NCBI RefSeq assembly: GCF_006345805.1
Contig: NC_042997.1
Span: forward strand, 42,842,001-42,906,000
Direction: 5' to 3'
DNA from: Octopus sinensis
Lineage: Eukaryota
DNA length: 64,000 nucleotides
In this document: in pieces, positions 1 to 13,039 of the stretch
Layout: every line of letters begins with the position of its first letter
Position numbering within the stretch: position 1 is the first letter of the stretch
Notes under the pieces: generated by a model
What the model saw: the letters and a program-made list of their open reading frames with translations, nothing else
Told to the model about the DNA's origin: nothing
Databases searched by the model: none
Made by a program: the position numbers and the translations under genes

Positions 1-101
1 AGAGTGCAGCAGATACTTTTTACATGCCACCGGCATGAGGGCCAATCAGGCAGTACTGGCATCGACCACACTCGAATGATGCTTTTTACGTGCCACCAGC
101 A
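1..101 (-). mobile_element. RTE LINE 3'-UTR fragment
   Basis: Contains the TGCTTTTACGTGCCACC repeat-unit motif shared with the RTE 3' UTR at 37127-37702. Confidence 0.7.
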
Positions 102-1457
102 CATATGCATATATATATATATGCACACACACACACACACACACGCATACACACACAAGTAAGCACATAAATGTAAAACAAGGTGGAAAAAATAGTACTC
201 GAATATTGTGGGTAGATGAAGAGTCCTGATCACAACTGTCTGGGGAACAGGAATGTGAAACTCTGGATGAGTTTTTGTGATGTTTTTGCAGTTTTAATTA
301 AAAAATTATACATGCACACACACACACACACACAGATACATATATTCACACATACACAAGCCAATATAAATACGAACATTAAGTTATGATGATACATCTT
401 ACATATATAAACATGCACACATACACAAACAACATTATCATTGTCTCATTTTACACCCAAGTAGAGACAACTGTTTCAATGTAAAGATCTAAGGTGAATG
501 TATAAACTTTTACCTGAAATATTTGTGGCTAGCAACACATATTTTGACAACATAATTAAATGCTTAAAACCAACTTAACTTTTGCATACATAAAGCATAA
601 ACAAAGCACTATTGTACTTCAAGAGATCACTTTTCTATTCATGACATTATCCATTGATGTCATTCTGATATTACAACATTTAAATAAAAAGCACTGGAAA
701 AGCAATGCAAACACTCTTTATAGATGTAAGAATAAGTACACATCTCTATACATTTACTATTGAAAATATAAGCCATTTTATACACAAATACTCTATTATA
801 TACATGTTATACATGAGCACTTGCATATATGCACTCAAACACACACACTCTCTCTTTGTCTCTTTGAAATGCAACATTTCAGATGTAGTGATATTTTTCT
901 ATCTTATATCATATAAAGTATATTGCTGATGCAAATTTATGATAAATTTAGTTTTCAATCTATACATGTCATTCTACATTTAACTTTTCTATGCCAGTGG
1001 TAAATGAAGTGAATTGAGCAACAGGAGAAGAACACCAAGAAAACTCTGACAGAAGTATGAACATAGAAGTAGATTTTAAAGAAGATCCAAAACAGTATGG
1101 AAGCACACAAAAATAGAAAGACAATAGAAACTAAATACAACATATATTATTGAAAATTATTAGATAGGACTTTAAATATAAAGAGCATCCAGCAATGGGA
1201 CCCTAGTTCAAGAGTCTCAGGGTTTTCAGGAGTGTGGAACCATCTCTGATTAGTGTTCCCAGGTCTGCTCTGACCTGGGGACAATAGTGGATAAGAGATG
1301 TAACACCTAACAGGACCCTAGTTAGGGGTTGTTAGTATGTCACAGTGTTATCATTCAATTTCATATATACCTCCAAAAAGAGGTCACTCACAGATATCCC
1401 TATGGACTCAGGGGTGATGAAACCTTTCAGCTCTTAGCTGTTCATCTAAGAAATGTA

Positions 1458-1727
1458 GTGAAGGTGCATGGCTCGGTGGTTTTAGAGTGTAGGGCTCACA
1501 ATCGTGAGGTAGTGAGTTCGATTCTCAGACCAGGTTGTGTGTTGTGTTCTTGAGCAAGACACTTTATTTCATGTTGCTCCAGTTCACTCAGTTGTAGAAA
1601 TGAATAGCAACATCACTGGTGCCAAGCTGTATCAGCCTTTGCCCTTTTCTTGGATAACATCGGTGGAGTGGAGAGGGGAGGAGGTGGAATCCCATGATCA
1701 TTCATGACCAAAGGGGGTCTTTGTCCT
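1458..1727 (+). mobile_element. tRNA-derived SINE, family C (CORE/V-like centre)
   Basis: A box TGGCTCGGTGG, B box GTTCGATTC, then TTGAGCAAGACACTTT; the body recurs at 63610-63870. Confidence 0.8.
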
Positions 1728-2262
1728 TTATAAGAAAAGGTAACTCCACACAAATCCTGCATCCTGATGACTACCAAGCACTAATTGCACCAGAGCTATA
1801 CAAGTCTGAAGGATGAGAGAGTGGAAACTGGCTCTACATAAACCAGCCCCTCTACAACAATATTCATCATGAAGCTGTCCTGCAAACCAAGACACCAATG
1901 CCAACACCATCGGACTTTCTTCACAAGTCCAATGGTGATAGGGAAAGAGGTGATATGGACAGGTAGAGTATGCAACTGGAAGTCCTCACCTTTGACACTG
2001 CACACAGGCAACCATAAGGTGACGGTCAGTTTTCTACAGATCTGGGACAGATGTGGATTTCATATCCTCTTAAAGAGATGACAAAACATTGAACTAGGAA
2101 CACTATGAAGTTATATTTAGCTGAACCTTCATTCATGGAAGTAACAAGAGAGTACACACCACAAGAAAATTTAAATCAAAATAGCACTGGGAAAAAATAT
2201 TTTCACCAGTACAAACTAATGAGTGAGTCAAAGGACTTTGGAAACAGTATATCAGTAGTTAA

Positions 2263-2656
2263 TCTTTATATATAAAAGTGAGGTTGTGTGTCTGTCTTCT
2301 ACGATTTAGATTCCTAACTACTCCCACATTTTGCGGTGCAGTTTAACCAAAACCGGGTATCTTATAGTCGTGATTCATATCGAGCCCTTCTGGGTATTAG
2401 CACGCATCTACGATGAGTCTACGATTTAAAAGAAAATTTACCATCAATTTTTCCCATTTTTAATGCATTTTTGGCATATATAAGGGAAGTAACTCTCTAA
2501 AAATTTATTATTAAATCTCAGAACGTAAAAAGCTACAGTAACACCCCCTCCTTTGTGGTTAGCCATATTGAGATGGCTATTATACTTTACATCTCTAAAA
2601 ATGCTTATATAGTTATTTCCCTTACAAACCCGAGCAACGCCGGGCGATACTGCTAG
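2263..2656 (+). mobile_element. Non-autonomous Helitron
   Basis: 5' TC(TTTATATATAAAAG), subterminal hairpin CCCGAGCAACGCCGGG, 3' CTAG, inserted between A and T with no TSD; a near-identical inverted copy lies at 31262-31660. Confidence 0.88.
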
Positions 2657-2924
2657 TCTTATATAATAAAACGCAATGTGTGTCCGGTTGGTCATGCTGG
2701 TAGGAGAAAACTAAAACAACAAACGGAGGGGCGGGGTGAGAATAGGAAATGCTAAATACAAGTGAACTGCAGTAAAAGGTTTTTACTTTGCTGTAAGTAG
2801 GTGGTATTTTAATCAAAATAAAACTGCAAATTTTTATAAATTATATGTATGAACTTCACACGCACAAACATATAAATGAAATGGAATGATAACACTCTCT
2901 GCATAATATTACCAATCACGTAAC

Positions 2925-2960
<36 letters not shown>

Positions 2961-3221
2961 GAAATATGTTACGAAAAGAAAATATAAAATACACGTGGAA
3001 ATGTAAGGGTAAAATATGAAAAATCAACGAAAATGCACATTGCAAATAAAAAAAACCCTATTTATGACAGGTAACGACAAATATATACATTTAGATTGAC
3101 TGAGGTAGTAATACGAGTCATAAAAGTCATTATTATGAGATGATTATAAGATGATAATAAAGTAAGAGAACAAAACGAACCATGGTTTACGCAAAACTAT
3201 TCATCGTTTGAACAACACCGG

Positions 3222-3223
<2 letters not shown>
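2657..3223 (+). mobile_element. Older non-autonomous Helitron-like element
   Basis: Starts TCTTATATAATAAAA (Helitron-type 5' end) and ends in GAACAACACCGG, a decayed form of the GAGCAACGCCGG hairpin, before (TA)n. Confidence 0.5.
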
Positions 3224-3278
<55 letters not shown>

Positions 3279-3321
3279 GAAAGAATGGAGTCGAACGAAG
3301 ATTTTTAACAAAATTCCTTTA

Positions 3322-3404
3322 CTCTCGACACATGTTTCGAAGATGGCATACTTTTAATTCCGAAGGAATAAAGGGTGCATTATGCCATCTTCTCATTAGG
3401 AAAG
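3322..3404 (-). ncRNA. Minimal type I hammerhead ribozyme motif with a core mutation, in a probable Penelope-like fragment
   Basis: Minus strand reads CUUUC-CUAAUGA-GAAGAUGGCAUA...UAUGCCAUCUUC-GAAA-CAUGU-GUC-GAGAG: 5-bp stem I, 12-bp stem II, GUC cleavage triplet. The core is CUAAUGA rather than CUGAUGA. Confidence 0.72.
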
Positions 3405-3830
3405 ATAAGGAGCCTCTTTCAGCCACAAGACAAACAAAAGTTTTTGATGACTGCCTACATGGTGACCATTATCACTGTCAAGAAACTCAAATATTCTGAA
3501 GCTAAGTTATTAATAAAGTCTCAAGTGTTCACAGTCTAACAATAAGTATAAAATTTATAGAAAGAAAAGGCACTGAAAAGAATTTAATATATAAAGGATA
3601 GAACAAATGAGAATATTTGAATTTCCATTCTTTGTTTTTTGCACAACAGCAAGTGCAAATAGATAAGGGTATATATAAACATGGTTTAAGGATAGTCCTC
3701 TTGAAATAAAATGCCTAGATGACTAATAAAGTTGATTTGGTGGAAAATAAAAGAATCTGCAACACATTTATAGAAAACTTCTAGGAAAAACAAAGACAAG
3801 AAAGAAAAAAAAAATGTAGGAAACACACAT

Positions 3831-4238
3831 AGGCGCAGGAGTGGCTGTGTGGTAAGTAGCTTGCTAACCAACCACATGGTTCCGGGTTCAGTCCCACTGC
3901 ATGGCATCTTGGGCAAGTGTCTTCTGCTATAGCCCCGGGCTGACCAATGCCTTGAGAGTGGATTTGGTAGACGGAAACTTAAAAAAGCCCATCGTATATA
4001 AATATATATATATATATGTGTGTATGTTTGTGTGTCTGTGTTTGTCCCCCTTAGCATTGCTTGACAACCGATGCTGGTATGTGTATGTCCCCGTTACTTA
4101 GCGGTTTGGCAAAAGAGACCGATAGAATAAGTACTGGGTTAACAAAAGAATAAGTCCCGGGGTCGAGTTGCTCGATTAAAGGTGGTGCTCCAGCATGGCC
4201 GCAGTCAAATGACTGAAACAAGTAAAAGAGTAAAGAGT
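3831..4238 (+). mobile_element. tRNA-derived SINE, family A, full length
   Basis: AGGCGCAGGAGTGGCTGTGTGG head, GGTTCAGTCC B-box-like motif, central (TA)/(TG) tract, GTAAAAGA-repeat tail; many near-identical copies in the window. Confidence 0.92.
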
Positions 4239-4359
4239 ATCTTATTCTTTGTTAGCCACCATAATACAGATCACCAGAAAACTTAATCCACCAATGCTAA
4301 TATCAATTCATTATTGTGCACAAATTTAATGGCTTCAAATATACCTCAAATAATAATTC

Positions 4360-4580
4360 TTTAAAATTTTGGTACAAAGCCTGCAATTTTAGGGGTAGAA
4401 GGGGTTAGTCAATTACGTTGACGCCCCCCTCCCCACACCAGGTATATGATTAGTACTTTGCCTTTCATCCTCTTGGGGCTGATAAAATAAAGTTGACTCA
4501 GTAGTATTTGAACTCAGAATGTAAAGAGCCAGAAGAAATGTTGCAAAGCAGTTTGGTGTGCTAATGATTCTGCCAGCTAA
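4360..4580 (-). mobile_element. Diverged SINE family B (Meta-domain-like)
   Basis: TTTGAACTCAGAAT...TGATTCTGCCAGCT is the reverse complement of the head at 6247; the centre is partly inverted. Confidence 0.6.
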
Positions 4581-4674
4581 ATATCAAAGATGAGGATAAC
4601 ATGCAATAATACAAAACAACACTAATGAATATAGTAGTAGTAATAAAATCACGACAATAAGAGGACTTTGTTGG

Positions 4675-5220
4675 TGGTAGTGTGGTAAAAAGCTTGCTTT
4701 CCAACCACACGGTTCCGAGTTCAGTCCCACTGCATGGTACCTTGGGCAAGTGTCTTCTTTAGCCTCAGGCTGACCAAAGCCTTGTAAATGGATTTGGTAG
4801 ACGGAAATCTCTCTCTCTCTATATATATATATCATCATCATCATTATCGTTTAACGTTTGTTTTCCGCGCTAGCACGGATTGGACGGTTCGACCGGGGTC
4901 TGGGAAGCCAGGGGCTGCTCCAGGCTCCAGTCTGATCTGGCAGAGTTTCTATGGCTGGATGCCCTTCCTAACGCCAACCATAAAGAAATAAATATATATG
5001 TATGTATATGTTTGTGTCTGTGTTTGTCCCCCCCACCCACCATCACTCGACAACTGATGTTGGTGTATTTATCGTCCCATAACTTAGCAATTCGGCAAAA
5101 GAAACTGATAGAATAAATACTAGGCTTACAAAGAATAAGTCCTGCAGTTGATTTGTTCTACTAAAGGTGGTGCTCCAGCATGGCTGCAGTTAAATGACCG
5201 AAACAAAATAAAAGAATAAA
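4675..5220 (+). mobile_element. SINE family A interrupted by an antisense RTE 3' end (about 4832-4980)
   Basis: SINE head and body flank (CAT)nCGTTTAACG...GCCAACCA. Confidence 0.85.
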
Positions 5221-6246
5221 TGTAATCGCAAACAGATGTCCATCAACAGACATCTATGGCAGGCAGCAGGACACAACTACATGGAAACTCTGAGAAAGAA
5301 ACTGTCTCTGAACTTTTGTTATGAAGGCCTGAATTAACCTATTGCATTTAGCAAATCAACAGTTTAAGGTGAAGATAAATGGAAAAGTTGTTTGGTGTAA
5401 AACCTCAGCAATAAATCTCATCCCAGATTAAGTACCAGTCTATCTGAAATGATCCTAAATGATCCAGTATATATTCCTGAGTATAGTGTGAACTAAAAGA
5501 TATATAACTGTATGTACTAGTTGCATATGTAGCAAAACAATTTCGGGAGAGATGTATTCAACACCAATATAACACTGGTACAACACTGATTTTCTGGAGC
5601 CTTTGCTTCCAAAGCCTTTCCAGATTATTGATCTTTCCGAACAAGGTGTGGTCACCTCTAAATTAAATAAATATTAAATTCATTTGAGTAATTAAATGAA
5701 ATACAGGTATCTGCACATTGGTATAAATGTTACAATTTTATCAATACTCTATTATGCAAGGTACTGTAAAAAGAAAACCACCAAGTAAACTAGTCTGGTG
5801 GCCATGGTAACCTGAAGTTCCTACTTGTAAATTAGTGTGAATTATAAGAGTTTCAAAATTATAGAGAAAAGAACTTCGTGCACCTTGGCAAAATTAATGA
5901 AGTAAAAAAAAAAATCAATCTGCATATAAATGTAAATGTTTTAAATATAGTTTTTCCAAGGTTTTATTAAAATTTAGGTTTTTTGTTCTTACTTATAAAG
6001 GAACACAATGATTATGATTCTAGGTTAAATCTTCCAAATGATGCATGGTTCATCTCGTGTACAATATGTTAACTGTTTTTTTTAACAATATATTGTATAT
6101 TGTTTATTATCCAAACATTTATTTAACTATGCATATCTAGAAGAGAAATTAATACTGTAATGAATTAATGCTTGTTCACATGCAAAACATGAATATATCT
6201 AGTCATCATGCATTCATACATTATATATTTTAAATATTTTAAATAA

Positions 6247-6475
6247 GGCGGCGAGCTGGCAGAATCGTTAGCACGTCGGGTGAAATGCTTAACGGTATTT
6301 CGTCTGCCGCTACGTTCTGAGTTCAAATTCCACCGAGGTCGACTTTGCCTTTCATCCTTTCGGGGTCGATAAATAAAGTACCAGTTTCGCACTGGGGTCG
6401 TTGTAATCGACTTAATCCCTTTGTCTGTCCTTGTTTATCCCCTCTGTGTTTAGCCCCTTGTGGGCAATAAAGAAA
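6247..6475 (+). mobile_element. tRNA-derived SINE, family B (Meta-domain-like)
   Basis: GGCGGCGAGCTGGCAGAATCG head, GAGTTCAAATTCC B box, and GCCTTTCATCCTTTCGGGGTCGATAAATAAAGTACCAG, which resembles the MetaSINE central domain. Confidence 0.85.
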
Positions 6476-6545
6476 TATATATATTTTAAATGGACACATA
6501 TTACATAGTCACACACACATTCTCTCTCTCATTCTGTGTGTGTGC

Positions 6546-6692
6546 CATCATCATCGTTTAATGTCCGTTTTCCATGCTGGCATGGGTTGGACAGTTCGAC
6601 TGGGGTCTAGGAAGCCAGGAGGATGCACCAGGCTCTAGTCTGATCTGGCAGTGTTTCTACAGCTAGATGCCCTTCCTAATGCCAACCACTCC
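6546..6692 (-). mobile_element. 5'-truncated RTE 3' end
   Basis: (CAT)n tail plus sequence matching 37555-37702 in reverse. Confidence 0.85.
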
Positions 6693-7306
6693 ATGTGTGT
6701 AAAGAAATATAAGAACATTGAAATATGAAATAAAGTAAATACATATTAAGAAGAATTATGTATGTGTACATGTCTATGCACACACACACATATATATATA
6801 CATACATACATACATACATGCATGCATGTTTGTGTCTTAATGTTCATTCATTTTCACACACACACAAAGATAGATAGATAGAGAGAGAGAGAGCTAACAT
6901 TAAAGATGTTTATTGATAACAAGAAAACTGGCCACCAGTGGCCCACTAATGTTATTGTTTGCTACTAAAAGCTAGCTATTTCTCGCAAGAACCACATCAA
7001 TGAACTAGATTGGTCAGTAATTAAGGCACCAATTTCCTGACTTCTCTTCCCTCATTAGTTCTCATACTTTGCTTTAATAGGTTTTTATATATATATTGAA
7101 CATCAAATGTAGCAATTTAACTGCCCAATTAATTCATCTTCATTTCAAAATGGCTCTCGTTAATGATCTCTGAAATAATTCAGAATTCCAACTTGCTGCC
7201 CATATTATTATGGAGAATAATCAAAACAAGGCTAATCCATTCAATGATTTTTCAATCAAATGATGGTGACTCAATTCCAAAGTTAAAACAATTATATTGT
7301 ATGAAA

Positions 7307-7710
7307 ACAGGAGTGGCTGTGTGGTAAGTAGCTTGCTAACCAACCACATGGTTCCGGGTTCAGTCCCACAGCGTGGCATCTTGGGCAAGTGTCTTCTGCT
7401 ATAGCCCCGGGCCGACCAATGCCTTGTGAGTGGATTTGGTAGACGGAAACTGAAAGAAGCCCGTCGTATATATATATATTTGCGTGTGTGTATATGTTTG
7501 TGTGTCTGTGTTTGTCCCCCTAGCATTGCTTGACAACCGATGCTGGTGTGTTTACGTCCCCATCACTTAGCGGTTCGGCAAAAGAGACCAATAGAATAAG
7601 TACTGGGCTTACAAAGAATAAGTCCCGGGGTCGATTTGCTTGACTAAAGGCGGTGCTCCAGCATGGCCGCAGTCAAATGACTGAAACAAGTAAAAGAGTA
7701 GAGTAAAGAG
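7307..7710 (+). mobile_element. SINE family A
   Basis: Near-identical to 3831-4238. Confidence 0.92.
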
Positions 7711-8766
7711 TATCCAAAAAATAACTAGAAGGGCTCCAATCAAGCTTAGATGACAATACTCACTTTCTTAACCCAGAACATAAATTAGGTTGGTTCTTTT
7801 TTAATATTATTTTGTCTTTCCAAAGAGCCAAATAAAACCAATTCTATCTCTAAGCCTAAACTGTTTAGTTGTCTTTGATAAGTTATCTTGATATATATAT
7901 ATATATATACACACACACATATATATATGAAGAGAGAGAGAGAGAGAGAGAAATGTTATCCACTGTATTCAACTTAACACAGGTTTGTTTATCCTGTTGG
8001 CATGGCAATTTCATGTTTGTTTGTTTGTTTTTTATTTGGTTTTTTTTTTTGATAAAGGTAACTTATCTTCAGCTGCTAGTTTGCGTATGTGCATGCGTGC
8101 ATGAAAAATCCTCCCTCTAAGACACAAAACAATAAACCCTCTCATGAATGAGTGTGTGTGTGCATATAAATATATATAGGAAGATAGATAAAGACAGACA
8201 GGCAGGCAGGCAGACAGACAGATCATAATCATTTATCATTTGTGTACCATGCTGAAATGGGTCGGACAGTTTGAAAGGATCCAATAGGTCAGAAGACAAT
8301 GTCAAGTTTCAATGTTTGTTTTGTATGGTTTGTGTGGTTGGATGCCCTTTCTAATATCAACTATGCCCTTTCTACACACACACACACACACACGTCTTTT
8401 TTGCAATATGAATTCCTTCTTCAATTTCAAATTCTTTTCCTTTTAATTTTTGGACACATCTGGCAAATGAGGACGGATCATAAGAATCAAAAAGAGAATC
8501 CATTTTCTTTTTAGTCTTGTCACAGTTGATGCCACAATAAAAACACCAAGTACATTCCATAAAGTGATTGCATCCAACCACAGAAAATAAAGCAAAAATG
8601 TATCCCATCCGGGAAAGCATTAACACTGAATAAGAATTGACTCAAATTATGACAAACCAACCAACATGGAAAATGGATGTAAATCACACACGATGATGAT
8701 GATGATGATGATGATGATCCATTTTTGGGATTGCTCTTGTTATAGATGGATACATATGGACAGTAT

Positions 8767-9180
8767 ATTCTTTTACTCTTTTACTTGTTTCAGTCATTTG
8801 ACTGCGGCCATGCTGGAGCACCGCCTTTAATTGAGCAACTCGACCCTGGGACTTATTCTTTGTAAGCCCAGTACTTATTCTATCCGTCTCTTTTGCCGAA
8901 CTGCTATGTGATGGGGACATAAACACACCAGCATCGGTTATCAAGCAATGCTAGGGGGACAAACACAGACACACAAACACACACACGCATATATATATAT
9001 ATATATACATTTATACGACGGGCTTCTATCAGTTTCCGTCTACCAAGTCCACTCACAAGGCATTGGTCGGCCCGAGGCTATAGTAGAAGACACTTGCCCA
9101 AGGTGCCACACAGTGGGACTGAACCCGGAACCATGTGGTTGGTAAGCAAGCTACTTACCACACAGCCGCTCCTGCGCCTA
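8767..9180 (-). mobile_element. SINE family A
   Basis: Reverse complement of 3831-4238. Confidence 0.92.
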
Positions 9181-9248
9181 TGTGCAAAAGCATATAATTT
9201 CAATTAATTAAAATTATTATAAACTAATCATAAAATGTCATGAAAAAT

Positions 9249-9643
9249 AGGAGCAGGTGTGGCTGTGTAAATACGAAGCTTGGTTTCAGGTTCAGTTCCA
9301 CAGCAAGGCATCTTGGGCAAGTGCCTTCTAGTATAGCTCTGAGCTAACCAAAAGCTTGTGAGTGGATTTGGTAGATGAAAACTGAAAGAAGCCTGTTGTG
9401 TGTGTGTGTGTGTTACTATCTCCTTGCTTTGACTTCATGTAATGTAAACAAATGACACTCTTATGCATTCATTGTCCTTCATTTCTGTGAAAACATATCC
9501 AGTCATTGGGAAATATTACTTTGCCTGGAAACATGTGAGGGTTGGCAACAGGAAGAGCATTTGGTCAAGAAAATCTGCCTCAATACATTCCATTTGACCC
9601 ATGTGAGTATGGAAAACTGAACGATAAATGATGATAATGATGA
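9249..9643 (+). mobile_element. SINE family A variant with an RTE-like 3' tail
   Basis: Family A head, a different body, then GGAAAACTGAACGATAAATGATGATAATGATGA, which resembles the RTE terminus; similar copies at 33393-33797 and 43225-43557. Confidence 0.7.
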
Positions 9644-10084
9644 ATAATAATTGAACAAGACATTTTTTATTGTTATAATTTCCTGTAGATATTACAATTA
9701 AGAGTTAAAAAACAAAACATTTTTTGGATAACAAAATATTAAAAGCTTTTGATATTGAAAAAGAAGAAAAGAAAACGTCCCAAATAATAAAAGTCAAATA
9801 TTATTTAAGCTAAAGGGTGAATAATGAAAATTATCAAAAGCAGAAATAAAATATTCAGCCACTCATCAAAAAGTATTAAAAATTAAGTTAAAATTTATCT
9901 GCCCAGTACAAAATACTAAGGATTATTCATGGATGTTATGCAATCTCTGATGATTTGATAATGCAATAAACTTTGATTTATTTTGATTCATTACTAATGA
10001 AATGTATGTAAGAAGACAACTAAATGTGTGACAAACTCTTCTGTTTTGTTTTACTTCATTCAAATGTGTGTGTGTGTGTGTGTA

Positions 10085-10126
<42 letters not shown>

Positions 10127-10847
10127 TATCTGTTTAGATTAAATAGATTAGACAGACTGAAACTTGTTCCCTAACATAATAGTAAAATAAACACTAGTAA
10201 GACTCAAAAATACTAATACTATCTAACTGACATTGTTTCCCCGTACATATAATATGAAGTATATCTCAGAATGATATACACAAAGTGATTAAACAGATAG
10301 CTTAAAAATAGAGATTAGCAAGAAGACATCTGTATTTTAGTTTGGTGTTTGTTAATGAATGAATCTGACATAAACTGCTGAATTAGTGATTTCTCAGATG
10401 AACACAATCCCGCCTCCCACCACAAATGTATAGAAGATAGAGAAGGCGATTAGGTGATATTCATACTTTACTCAAATGATTGAAGTGAAATGATTTACAA
10501 CTGAGAATGGAAATCAGGTCAAAGATTTGATTCACTGGATTCTTTGTATATCTAATCAATAGACTTGATTCATGTGAAGCTTTTCCATTTCATATTAGTC
10601 CCAGCACAACAATACATAACAGCTGGAAAAGTTCTAACAACATCGAAAAAAATAAATAAATGGAATTAAGGAATTGCTACAGAAGATGGAAAAGAAAGAA
10701 AGAAAGAGGAAGATCAGCTGCTTTGAATGTACCAAAATTATCAAAATCCCACTCAATGACTTTCCTTCAAAGTTATTCAATGATCAGTTATATACTGCTA
10801 AGGTTATTTTTATATCTTGTTTAAAATATTTTTAAAAATTCAATATT

Positions 10848-11203
10848 AGGTGCAGGTGTAGTGTGGTAAGAAGTTTGCTTCTCAATTACATGGTTCTAGG
10901 TTCAGTCCCACTGCAAGGCAACTTTGGCAAGTGTTTACTATAAGCCAAGTCTGGTCAAAGCTTTGTGAAACTGAAAGAAGCCTGTCATGTATTTGTGTGT
11001 ATGTCTTTGTCTCCCACCACTGCTAGACAACCACTGTTGGTTTGTTTATGTCCCTATAACTTAACGGTTTGGCAAAAAAAAGAGAGCAATAGAATAAGTA
11101 CCAGGCTTTAAAAAAAAATTATTACTGATTTATTTAACTAAAACCCTTTGAAATGGTGCCCCAGCATGGCCACGGCCTAATGATTGAAATAAGTATAAGA
11201 TCA
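10848..11203 (+). mobile_element. SINE family A, diverged
   Basis: Head, body and CCAGCATGGCCAC terminal motif are recognisable. Confidence 0.8.
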
Positions 11204-11429
11204 AAGTTAGTAAAAGATTATAAAGCAATAAAGAAAACCACATTAACTTTTTATTTAATAAGCATTTTGTAGTTGCAGCTTTAATTTTTTAATTTCTCAC
11301 CTACTACATTAGTTAAAAACATATTTGTTACCCAAAATGTTTTAACGAATTAAAGTACCCCACCACTATGTGACTGATGATAAATAAGTAATTATTTCAA
11401 ATAAAAAAAAAATGAACAAAATTACTTAC

Positions 11430-11610
11430 CACCTGTATAACATCACACATGTGAGAATAAACTGGAAAATTAAGACTTTGTACTAACATGACTGTACACT
11501 AAATGTAACCAAGGTAACGGCTTTTTAAAGACATGATTCAATAGCTGAAACAGTGTGTGGGGCATAATAATAAAGTAAACCTATAAAGTTCCTTTTGAAT
11601 TCTGTAGAAA
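11430..11610 (-). other. Candidate exon of an unidentified minus-strand transcript
   Basis: Unique sequence bounded by acceptor TGTTTCAG (AG at 11612-11611) and donor G|GTAAGT (11429-11424). All frames hit stops; the longest reads STEFKRNFIGLLYYYAPHTVSAIESCL*. Confidence 0.3.
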
Positions 11611-11981
11611 CTGAAACAGGTTTAAACATACTAAAGAAAGAAATTCAATCATAAACACCAATTATGAGAGAAAGCGACTTTTATATAGTTGATTGCCACC
11701 CAGCACAAAGTAGCAATCAACTCTCCCTCAAATCACAACTGGTTTTGAAAAGATATATTGGATAATGTAGTTCTAGATATACTATATCTGAAAACAGGCG
11801 GAGATGGTCACAGCTGAAATGCTCTTCGATCAGAGGTCTGCTTGATCAAAGTTGTCAATAAAACACACCTTAACATGACAGAAACAATTTTCGTATCAAG
11901 AAGTCCAGATAAAATTCAAATAATACAAGATAAATTAAGTGTTAGTAATGATAGCAGGCTAAAGATAAATTTGGTAAGAAT

Positions 11982-12030
<49 letters not shown>

Positions 12031-12240
12031 GTGAATTTATGCATTTAATGAAAATATAGAAATTTCAGTTTTTCCACATAGTTGACTCTCACATGATGGC
12101 CAAAGATTTATCAAGTAAATGAATCAGAAACTTGTATATGAATTAACCAGCATTTGGGTACAAAGCCATCATTAGCAGCAAATAACTAGATTTGAAATAT
12201 CAAATTAGAAAGAATTCATCAATCCAAAAAGAAAATACAT

Positions 12241-12662
12241 AGGCGCAGGAGTGGCTGTGTGGTAAGTAGCTTGCTAACCAGCCACATGGTTCCGGGTTCA
12301 GTCCCACTGCATGACATCTTGGGCAAGTGTCTTCTGCTATAGCCCCGGGTCGACCAATGCCTTGTGAGTGGATTTGGTAGACGGAAACTGAAAGAAGCCT
12401 GTCATATATATGTATATATATATAAGTGTGCGTGTATATGTTTGTGTGCCTGTGTTTGTCCCCCTAGCATTGCTTGACAACCGATGCTGGTGTGTTTACG
12501 TCCCCATCACTTAGCGGTTCGGCAAAAGAGACCGATTGAATAAGTACTTTGCTTACAAAGAATAAGTCCCGGGGTCGATTTGCTCGACTAAAGGCGGTGC
12601 TCCAGCATGGCCACAGTCAAATGACTGAAACAAGTAAAAGAGTAAAAGAGAGTAAAAAGAGA
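12241..12662 (+). mobile_element. SINE family A
   Basis: Near-identical to 3831-4238. Confidence 0.92.
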
Positions 12663-13039
12663 TCAGAAACATAAACAAGCAAATAAAATGATAGCAAAAG
12701 GGTTCTAATTTGCATGAGTTTGAAAAGAACTATGAAGGCCATGGGACATGAAATGGATATAAAAGAAAGAGTAAAAAAAAAACCAAAACATTATGATGCA
12801 GCACGGATTTTTGTCAGTGAACAGGTCGCAGATTTTAGCGACGAAAATATTTTGACAAATTAAACTTAAATGTTGAAGTGAATCGAACGGCTTTTGTGTG
12901 TTTCTTAAATGGCTTACAAACACCTTCCACGCTGCAATTGTTTTCGTTTCAGCACACGATCTCAGATCAAATCACTTGCTATGCGAGTACATCTCCGTAA
13001 ATATAAAATAGATAGAGACAAAACATGTAATCTTTTATC

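Noticed and set aside
1730-2080. GC-elevated block as an exon or LINE relic (also 39090-39440)
   Set aside because: I found no recognisable motif or sustained frame, so no call is supported.
3686-4101. Recurring peptides such as RHLPKMPRSGTEPGTMW and LDALPNANH as a gene family
   Set aside because: They are translations of SINE and RTE UTR copies.
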